Source: Edaphobacter aggregans
Lineage (GTDB): Bacteria; Acidobacteriota; Terriglobia; Terriglobales; Acidobacteriaceae
DNA: 32,000 bases
Direction of reading: 5' to 3'
Assembly: GCF_003945235.1 (NCBI RefSeq)
Contig: NZ_RSDW01000001.1
Coordinates: forward strand, 5,850,001 to 5,882,000
Both the position numbers and the translations under genes were made by a program. This document shows, one piece after another, positions 26,251 through 32,000 of this stretch. The notes under the pieces were generated by a model. It was given only the letters and a program-made list of their open reading frames with translations. It made no database searches and was not told the DNA's origin. How positions within the stretch are numbered: position 1 is the stretch's first letter; every line of letters begins with the position of its first letter.

Positions 26251-26787
26251 ATGAAGCGCAAAAGTATGCTCAAGATTGCGAGGGCTATAGCGGTGCTCTC
26301 CGTCCTCGGCGTTGCGGCCGGTTACTCGCAGGAAAAGTACTCGTTGAAATCGCCGGACGGAATCGCGTTCTCGGACTTCAGAGGATACGAGGACTGGGCG
26401 GTGGTCTCCTCGGCCCGGACCGACGAAGTGCTCAAGGTGATTGTCGCGAATCCGATCATGATCCAGGCGTTCAAGGCCGGCTTTCCTGGGAACGGCAAGC
26501 CTTTCCCGGATGGTTCCAAGATCGCGAAGCTCCAGTGGAGTCCGAAGAAGAGCACGGAGGCCCCTTTCGTCGTGGATGTGCCGGATATCTTTAAACAGGC
26601 TTTCGTTATGGAAAAGGACAGCAAGAGATTTTCAAAAGACGACGGCGGATGGGGCTATGCGGTGTTCAATTACGACGCTGCAATGGACAAGTTCACGGCG
26701 GATTCCAGCCCGGTGAACTGCGGGACCAAGTGCCATGTGGCCGTGAAGGCGAAGGACTACATCTTCCACCCGTACCAGAAGCGTTGA
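26251..26787 (+). CDS. cytochrome P460 family protein
   Basis: Start ATG at 26251. Signal peptide: MKRKSMLKIARAIAVLSVLGVAAG. Motifs: FRGYEDWAVVSS, FPDGSKIAKLQW, MEKDSKRF..GGWGYAVF, and the C-terminal haem c site CGTKCH followed by DYIFHPY. Confidence 0.8.
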   Translation: MKRKSMLKIARAIAVLSVLGVAAGYSQEKYSLKSPDGIAFSDFRGYEDWAVVSSARTDEVLKVIVANPIMIQAFKAGFPGNGKPFPDGSKIAKLQWSPKKSTEAPFVVDVPDIFKQAFVMEKDSKRFSKDDGGWGYAVFNYDAAMDKFTADSSPVNCGTKCHVAVKAKDYIFHPYQKR

Positions 26788-27056
26788 ACCTCACCTGCCA
26801 CCGCCACGGTCGCGATCATTTTTTTGTTATCGGCGGCGTGTGGTGGGTTTTTAATTGTGCGTATTTTTTTTGTGTGGTGGCTAGTGGTAAAGGGCCGTTT
26901 TTGTGGGGGTTTTGGGAGGCAGCGCGCGCAAAACGTGGTGGTTGATGGTTACTTAGTGGAGAAAAGTGTGGCTAGCGTGGTAAGTGGACGGCGGTTTCCG
27001 GGGTTTGAAAAACATGCCACGTTCTTGAGATTTTTCTGTGGAAAAGTTGGGGAGTG

Positions 27057-27114
27057 CGGTTCGCGCTTTGCGCGCCCAGAGTTTGGTAGGTCGTTATGTA
27101 TGGGCCACCCGCCG
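27057..27114 (+). repeat. modular intergenic repeat, copy R5 (modules A + C, no B)
   Basis: Sequence: CGGTTCGCGCTTTGCGCGCCCAGAGTTTGGTAGGTCGTTATGTATGGGCCACCCGCCG. Confidence 0.7.
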
Positions 27115-27133
27115 CGCAGAATCCTGCAAACCT

Positions 27134-28141
27134 TTAGGAGAAGTCCAGCACGACCTTTTCCTGTCCAGCCTCACCATCGGCCAAGTGTACTGCCTCTTGG
27201 AAGTCCTTCAGTGGATACCGCACGATAGCTGGAGGCGTAAGCGCTCCGTTCGCCAACATGGTGAGAAGGTCGCTCGTCGCCGTTCGCACTTCGCCGAGCG
27301 GCTGGGAAGGAACCCAACGCGGAAGCCACCACCCGCGAACCGTCGCTGTCGAATAAATCAAACGCGGGGCGAAGAGCGGCATGAGGAATTTCGCGGGGTC
27401 TGTCTGCCGATGACTGGAGAGGGCTCCATAGACGAGCATGGTTCCAGCGGGAGCTAGGTTGCGGGCGACCTCTGCGCCGACGTCTCCGGCAACGCAATCA
27501 ATCGCTCGTTCAATGCCCTTGCCATCGGTCAATTCCTGCAGGCGTGCCCTGAGGTCCTCGTCGGCTGTGCAGATTATTTCGTTGCCTCCGAGGTTGCGAA
27601 TGATTGCTTCATGCTCGCGCCGCCGGATGACGTTGATTGTCTTGAATCGATACTGCTGCGCGAGTTGGAGCACGAACTTTCCGACGCTGGATGCAGCCGC
27701 TGTCTGCAGGAGCCAGTCGCCCTCTTTGAGTTTGTGCGTTGATAGGGTCAATGCCCATGCCGTCAAAGGATTGATGTAGGAAGCTGCGGCGGCGGCATCG
27801 TCCAGGCCATCTGGAACGGGTACGAGTTTATCTGCCGGGCAGACGATCTGCTCGCGCCAGGTGTTCCATGTGTCGATGAAGACTACGCGAGTTCCGACAG
27901 TGGGACTTTGCACGCCCGGGCCTACGGCCTCCACAATCCCGACGCCTTCAATGCCCGGGCTGGCTGGCAACTCCGGCTGATAGCCATAACGCCCGCGCAC
28001 CATGTGCAGGTCTGATGCGTTGATCGGGCTCAGCAGTACTCGGACGAGCGCTTCGCCAGAGGCCAAAGGCGGAGTCGGGATCTCTTCCAGCTTCAATACG
28101 CTCTTTGGTTCACCGGTTTCGCGAAAAGTTAATGCTTTCAC
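27134..28141 (-). CDS. MDR-superfamily NAD(P)H-dependent oxidoreductase (quinone oxidoreductase / enoyl reductase-like)
   Basis: 335 aa. Motif: MKALTFRETGEPKSVLKLEEIPTPPLASGEALVRVLLSPINASDLHMVRGRYGYQPELPASPGIEGVGIVEAVG, followed by a cofactor-binding region with the glycine motif AAASSVG. Confidence 0.85.
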   Translation of the reverse strand: MKALTFRETGEPKSVLKLEEIPTPPLASGEALVRVLLSPINASDLHMVRGRYGYQPELPASPGIEGVGIVEAVGPGVQSPTVGTRVVFIDTWNTWREQIVCPADKLVPVPDGLDDAAAAASYINPLTAWALTLSTHKLKEGDWLLQTAAASSVGKFVLQLAQQYRFKTINVIRRREHEAIIRNLGGNEIICTADEDLRARLQELTDGKGIERAIDCVAGDVGAEVARNLAPAGTMLVYGALSSHRQTDPAKFLMPLFAPRLIYSTATVRGWWLPRWVPSQPLGEVRTATSDLLTMLANGALTPPAIVRYPLKDFQEAVHLADGEAGQEKVVLDFS

Positions 28142-28225
28142 CGATAGCTCCCGGGCCTTTAGGTGACGGCTGATTCCGGCCGTGGATATTCTACGACTTC
28201 GGGGACCTCAAACTGGGCAGTGATG

Positions 28226-28312
28226 GCGGGTCACTTTGCCAACTCATGCGATGAGACCGCAGGAATGGGCACCCGAGGGTATGGTGACTTTTGATGACTG
28301 GGCCGCCCGCCA
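28226..28312 (+). repeat. modular intergenic repeat, copy R6 (degenerate A, B, C)
   Basis: Sequence: ...GGGTCACTTTGCCAACTCATGCGATGAGACCGCAGGAATGGGCACCCGAGGGTATGGTGACTTTTGATGACTGGGCCGCCCGCC. Confidence 0.7.
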
Positions 28313-28553
28313 GAGGTAATTGGGCGTATAGTGTTATGCGCCTGGGATGCCAAATGGAAATCCCGGCTAATTCCATCCCTTTCCGAGAGTTGTTTCGTGC
28401 GTTTTTCTAACGCCTCTTTCCCTCGGTACCTCGGTAATGAATCGCAGAAGCGCCTTGCTTTTGCGAATGCCAGCCAGTTAAAGACACGTCCGTTTTGGGC
28501 CGTTTGAGCCTGACTGAATCTCTGGACAAAAATGCGCAAAAGGAGAACTTCAA

Positions 28554-29378
28554 ATGAAGCCACAGCAAGTTGTCAAAACGACGGCGGCGTTTCTCGTAAC
28601 TCTGGGTGCGATTGTTCTGGTAGGAACCTGGAGCACTTCGCCGCGTGTACACGCACAGAACGATCAGGGCGACGATGAGGCGTCACTGATCCGCATCGGT
28701 TACCAGATCGCGCCTGTTCCCCTGAATTTGGCTGGGAAGGACCGTGATTTGGTGGGATTGGGCAGCTATCTGGTCAACGCTGCCGGCGACTGCAATGGTT
28801 GCCACACTTCGGGAGGCCCTCCAAACTTCAACTACGCAAATAATAAGAATCCCTACTTTGGCCAGCCGGAAAAGGTCGACCCGACCACTTATCTGGGCGG
28901 AGGTTCAGACTTCGGTCCGGCGGTTCCCCCAAGCGCCGCTGTGGGCGGGTTTCCTCCGGGATCCGAACCACCTTCTTACCCACCCGCAGAATATGGAACA
29001 TATGTGGGGCCAGACATTATTGCCCGCAACTTGACGCCGGATAAGACTGGGCGGGCGGAGGGCGGCCACACGCTTGCGGAGTTTAAGGAGATCATCAGGA
29101 CCGGCAAAGATTTCGACCATCTCCATCCGACCTGTACGTCCGCCTTGCCGACCCCCACGCCGGCGAACTGCCTTCCGCCTCCCGTCGACGGCGATCTTCT
29201 GCAGGTCATGCCGTGGCCAACTTTTAAGAACATGACTGATCATCAGATCACTGCCATCTATGAATATCTGAGCGCCATTCCGTGCATCGAAGGCCCGACG
29301 GACCCGAATAACGTATTGCACAACGATTGCGGCACAGAACAGAAACCGCCTAAGCCGGGGAGTTGGAAGAAACAGTGA
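28554..29378 (+). CDS. secreted mono-haem c-type cytochrome domain protein
   Basis: AAGGAGA RBS upstream. Signal peptide ...TWSTSPRVHAQ. Haem site CNGCH in YLVNAAGDCNGCHTSGG. A distal Met context (LQVMPWPTFKNMTDHQITAIYEYLSAIP) resembles the cytochrome subunits of periplasmic dehydrogenases. Confidence 0.7.
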   Translation: MKPQQVVKTTAAFLVTLGAIVLVGTWSTSPRVHAQNDQGDDEASLIRIGYQIAPVPLNLAGKDRDLVGLGSYLVNAAGDCNGCHTSGGPPNFNYANNKNPYFGQPEKVDPTTYLGGGSDFGPAVPPSAAVGGFPPGSEPPSYPPAEYGTYVGPDIIARNLTPDKTGRAEGGHTLAEFKEIIRTGKDFDHLHPTCTSALPTPTPANCLPPPVDGDLLQVMPWPTFKNMTDHQITAIYEYLSAIPCIEGPTDPNNVLHNDCGTEQKPPKPGSWKKQ

Positions 29379-29447
29379 TCACAGTACCGTAAATCGCCCG
29401 GAGTCAAAGGAACGCACACCGATTTTGATGTGCTGGGTTTAAGATAT

Positions 29448-29547
29448 CGGGTTCGCGCTTTGCGCGAATGACCCACTCATGCGATGAGACTGCATGAATG
29501 GGGCACCCGAGGTGTCGGAGCTTTCGATGTATGGGCCACCCACCGAC
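29448..29547 (+). repeat. modular intergenic repeat, copy R7 (full-length reference copy A+B+C)
   Basis: Sequence: CGGGTTCGCGCTTTGCGCGAATGACCCACTCATGCGATGAGACTGCATGAATGGGGCACCCGAGGTGTCGGAGCTTTCGATGTATGGGCCACCCACCGAC. Module A is TTCGCGC-TTT-GCGCGAA (7-bp stem). Module B is CCCACTCAT...ATGAATGGG enclosing CTCAT-GCG-ATGAG. Module C is GTCGG...CCGAC around ATGGGCCACCC. The copy is followed by TTCTTTTTTT. Confidence 0.85.
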
Positions 29548-29674
29548 TTCTTTTTTTGGACTACGAACGTTGAGTAGTCGGATGCAATCCCCCGAATGGG
29601 TTATACGCCATCGATTTTTTGCTCAAATTTTGCCTGTAGGATGCCGATAGATAACTCAAATTAAAAGGGTCCCC

Positions 29675-30280
29675 ATGCGTTTGGTTTTTTCACTGCTTGT
29701 TTTTGTCGCTTTATGCTGCACTTTCAACATGGCTGCGCATGCAGATACCATTACAACCTTCACGCTTACGCACGGCTCAGATACCTTCCAGTTTTCGATC
29801 TCCGATTCGACGCCTGTGAGCTCTGGCCTTAGGTTTCCTGGTACTGTCGAGGAGTTCGATTACAGGGAGCCTCTCACTGTTAATGGGACGATGCATTTTC
29901 CAATTTCGGGCGACCTTGCTGTCGAAGGTGTAGAGAGCCTTCAGCCGCTCGGCGTTGGTGCTGAGTTTTATGTCGGTTACCAGACCGTGGAGGATGGGGT
30001 TTCGTACAGTCACTATTTATTCGAACAAGGACCTCAGATCTTTACCGACGTGAACGGCATAGCTGTGTTCACACCGGGATCGATCATCTTCCCGCAGGTT
30101 GTTTCCGAAGACTTTGACACTTTTGACACTAACGTGTCGCAGGTGTACCACGGTTCCGGCGATACGCTAGTGATCACGCAGACCGATTCCTCTGTTCCCG
30201 AGCCATCGAGCCTTGCTCTGCTTGGTACAGGGTTGGCCTGCGGGGCGGGCCTGGTTCGTCGGCGTCTCTTCGGGCAATAG
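29675..30280 (+). CDS. PEP-CTERM sorting-domain protein (secreted, unknown function)
   Basis: 201 aa. Signal peptide: MRLVFSLLVFVALCCTFNMAAHA. C-terminus: VPEPSSLALLGTGLACGAGLVRRRLFGQ. Confidence 0.85.
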   Translation: MRLVFSLLVFVALCCTFNMAAHADTITTFTLTHGSDTFQFSISDSTPVSSGLRFPGTVEEFDYREPLTVNGTMHFPISGDLAVEGVESLQPLGVGAEFYVGYQTVEDGVSYSHYLFEQGPQIFTDVNGIAVFTPGSIIFPQVVSEDFDTFDTNVSQVYHGSGDTLVITQTDSSVPEPSSLALLGTGLACGAGLVRRRLFGQ

Positions 30281-30333
30281 GGAAACCAGAGATGCCGTCG
30301 ACTTGAACATCTTTCGCATCGGGGCGTACTGAC

Positions 30334-30371
30334 GCACCTGTGGGTTTGAGGATGTATGGGCCACCCACCGG
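30334..30371 (+). repeat. modular intergenic repeat, copy R8 (end of B + C)
   Basis: Sequence: GCACCTGTGGGTTTGAGGATGTATGGGCCACCCACCGG. It ends 1 bp before the stop codon of the RAYT-like ORF. Confidence 0.7.
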
Positions 30372-30372
30372 G

Positions 30373-30835
30373 TCAGGCCTGGGTGATCAGGACTGGGTTG
30401 GTTCGTTCAGGAGATAGTGGCGATAGGATGACCAGGGGCCAGTCTTCTGGGCGGGAGACTAGGCCTCGAGTGACTGGATTGCGGTGCATGTACTTCAACT
30501 TTTCTACTCGTTTGTTGTGAGTGATGACGTTGAAGTCGTAGTAGCGGGTTTGCCAGAAGGGGCGCTCCGTGAGGCGTCTTGAAACGGAGATCTTTAATGC
30601 CTGCAGGGCTTTTGAGAGAGGGGCGACGGGAGGTTCGCTCACGAGGAGGTGAACGTGTTCGGGCATTGCGACGTAACCGAGGACGTCAAACTGGTAATGC
30701 CTGCGGGCGTTCAAGAGAGTCGAGGACGATGTCTTTTGCGGACGAGGTGTTGAGGTAGGGTTTGCGGTGGTAACAACTGAAAGTGATGAAATGGTCGTCA
30801 CCTTCCTGTTGGTATCGCTTGAGGCCCAGCGGCAT
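30373..30835 (-). pseudogene. REP-associated tyrosine transposase (RAYT) / IS200-like Y1 (HUH) transposase gene with at least two frameshifts
   Basis: The ATG at 30835 gives MPLGLKRYQQEGDDHFITFSCYHRKPYLNTSSAKDIVLDSLE, then shifts frame near 30705. It continues as ARRHYQFDVLGYVAMPEHVHLLVSEP (HUH motif) ...FWQTRYYDFNVITHNKRVEKLKYMHRNPVTRGLVSRPEDWP (catalytic Tyr motif). Removing one base of the GGGG run at 30435-30438 restores the family-typical end DWPWSSYRHYLLNEPTQS with a stop at 30387. Confidence 0.75.
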
Positions 30836-30853
30836 GGGTTGATTTTAGGGTGT

Positions 30854-30947
30854 CGGGTTCGCGCCTTGCGCGAATGATCCCACATCTCAGAATCGAGATG
30901 TGGGGCACCCACATTTTGGGGTTGGTTAGATGTGGGCCACCCGCCAC
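30854..30947 (+). repeat. modular intergenic repeat, copy R9 (full length, variant B')
   Basis: Sequence: CGGGTTCGCGCCTTGCGCGAATGATCCCACATCTCAGAATCGAGATGTGGGGCACCCACATTTTGGGGTTGGTTAGATGTGGGCCACCCGCCAC. B' is a perfect 10-bp stem, CCCACATCTC-AGAATC-GAGATGTGGG (30879-30904). The copy begins 19 bp upstream of the RAYT-like ATG. Confidence 0.85.
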
Positions 30948-30994
30948 TGCAAAACAACTGTAGGTTCTTTAACTTAGCGAGGGACGATCAGCTT

Positions 30995-31030
30995 GGGCCG
31001 TGAGGTTTTTGTGTATGGGCCACCCACCCC
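30995..31030 (+). repeat. modular intergenic repeat, copy R10 (module C)
   Basis: Sequence: GGGCCGTGAGGTTTTTGTGTATGGGCCACCCACCCC. Confidence 0.65.
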
Positions 31031-31078
31031 GAGAAAAACTGCTGCAGGATGGGCCCAAAGAGAAGTAGTATTGCCGCC

Positions 31079-31576
31079 ATGAGAAAGCTGGGCGTCTTGG
31101 TAGGGATATTCGTGTTGTGCCCTGTGGCTGTCTCAGCCCAGTTGCTCAATGTGAAGATTATCCAACGGCAGAACGGGGAGACCCAGTACACATACCAAGT
31201 GGCAGGTCATTCAACATCCACCGGTAGTGGGAATGCTAACTGCTACAGCAGCGGAGACACGGTAAATTGCAACAGTTCCAGTAGTACTAACACAAGTACT
31301 ACAGCTCCGCAGATGATTTCATACAGTGTCGCTGGCGCCACGTACTCGCTGTTACTTCCCGATGGCCGAGTAGCTGTTGTGAACTGCACAAGCAAGTTCG
31401 CCGAACACTTCGCTGGGCCGGCGGGAAACAAACGGAGTTGCCGGATGCCAATTGTGGATAAGCTCCAAGCCGAGTTCAAAGGCAAGAACGCTAAGCTAAT
31501 TTGGCCGGTGAGCCTTGACGGCAAGAAGATGGAATCGGAGACTTACACAATTTTGGGTATTCTCCCCGCATCGTGA
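31079..31576 (+). CDS. secreted protein of unknown function
   Basis: Start taken at ATG 31079 (MRKLGVLVGIFVLCPVAVSAQ signal peptide). It has a Ser/Thr/Asn-rich middle with four Cys. No family recognised and no strong RBS. Confidence 0.55.
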   Translation: MRKLGVLVGIFVLCPVAVSAQLLNVKIIQRQNGETQYTYQVAGHSTSTGSGNANCYSSGDTVNCNSSSSTNTSTTAPQMISYSVAGATYSLLLPDGRVAVVNCTSKFAEHFAGPAGNKRSCRMPIVDKLQAEFKGKNAKLIWPVSLDGKKMESETYTILGILPAS

Positions 31577-31577
31577 G

Positions 31578-31598
31578 CGGGACAACTCCCGTTATTTC
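31578..31598 (+). terminator. weak candidate terminator hairpin
   Basis: CGGGA-CAAC-TCCCG (5-bp GC stem) followed by TTATTTCC, lying between two convergent ORF ends. Confidence 0.3.
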
Positions 31599-31615
31599 CA
31601 GTCAAGTTGGCGTTT

Positions 31616-32000
31616 TTATGTATCTCCCGAACCAACCCTCATCACTACGTCATTCATCGTGTAGTGAACGAATTGTTTACCCATCTCAGTGAGAACGTAC
31701 GCTTCTTTGTCATCGAACGCAGATTTCATCGTTCCGGCGGCCATACCCTTTGGAACTCTTTGTGCCTGTTTTCTTCTAAACTGTCCAAGCTGATTTACGT
31801 CGCGTTCCTGCCTTATGACGCCACCTGTGCTGAGATCACGAATAAGCAGCTTGAATAGGTCGGCTTCTGCCGAATCTTCTCGAACGTTTGTATTGTAGAG
31901 TTCCGTCCAAATATCGTGGCGGGTCGATCCAGGATTTTTCGAGATCTCTCTAATGACCGAAAAATGAGACTCGTGATAAAGCGCTAGCCAATCTATGAAG
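31616..32000 (-). CDS. hypothetical protein, C-terminal 127 aa (gene continues past the window end)
   Basis: Absent from the ORF track because it is open to the edge. Hand translation of the reverse strand: FIDWLALYHESHFSVIREISKNPGSTRHDIWTELYNTNVREDSAEADLFKLLIRDLSTGGVIRQERDVNQLGQFRRKQAQRVPKGMAAGTMKSAFDDKEAYVLTEMGKQFVHYTMNDVVMRVGSGDT, with stop TAA at 31616-31618. The region is AT-richer than its surroundings. No family recognised. Confidence 0.5.
   Translation of the reverse strand, partial: FIDWLALYHESHFSVIREISKNPGSTRHDIWTELYNTNVREDSAEADLFKLLIRDLSTGGVIRQERDVNQLGQFRRKQAQRVPKGMAAGTMKSAFDDKEAYVLTEMGKQFVHYTMNDVVMRVGSGDT

Noticed and set aside
21053-31030. Possibility that the recurring GGGCACCC / ATGGGCCACCC repeats form a CRISPR array
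   Set aside because: Spacing is irregular, from 48 bp to several kb. The copies are separated by ordinary genes, differ in module content and length, and no cas genes are present.
31607-31858. 83-aa plus-strand ORF
   Set aside because: It is antisense to a longer minus-strand reading frame that stays open to the window edge and has more protein-like composition. It has no RBS.

Overview
This window reads as a GC-rich chromosomal segment of a Gram-negative soil bacterium. The gene content suggests Acidobacteriota/Terriglobia, which is inference only: a CarboxypepD_reg-type TonB-dependent receptor ending in ...KFYF, two PEP-CTERM proteins, a PadR-TolC-RND operon, and many GGGCACCC / ATGGGCCACCC intergenic repeats.

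Layout:
1. 1-2217: minus-strand PadR / TolC-like / RND efflux operon.
2. 2.6-3.9 kb: IS110 transposase remnant plus about 0.85 kb of broken reading frames.
3. 4.0-16.4 kb: the main coherent system. A LacI regulator and a PfkB kinase are followed by a tightly packed plus-strand unit: TonB-dependent receptor, about 938-aa secreted PIG-L deacetylase, APC permease, second PfkB kinase, GH4 phospho-glycosidase.
4. 16.4-17.4 kb: secreted trypsin-like protease, apparently frameshifted.
5. 17.5-19.0 kb: visibly AT-richer graveyard of mobile DNA (IS481-family remnant, ArdC-like remnant, 13-bp direct repeats).
6. 19.5-29.4 kb: mixed redox/detox genes. These are a PEP-CTERM protein, peroxiredoxin-like protein, dienelactone hydrolase, GNAT, a 47-aa DUF3309-like micro-ORF, group III truncated haemoglobin, VOC, TetR plus an unknown secreted protein, a UDG-like gene, cytochrome P460, an MDR oxidoreductase and a c-type cytochrome.
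7. 29.7-32.0 kb: second PEP-CTERM protein, a decayed RAYT/IS200-like Y1 transposase gene bracketed by repeats, a secreted unknown, and a partial minus-strand ORF.

Ten same-orientation copies of a modular, hairpin-forming intergenic repeat occur only in the 21-31 kb half. I could not support any CRISPR array, tRNA/rRNA gene, complete defence system, toxin-antitoxin pair or biosynthetic cluster. The two most interesting items are the deacetylase/APC/kinase/GH4 locus and the repeat family with its RAYT-like gene. All functional calls rest on by-eye motif recognition without database searches.
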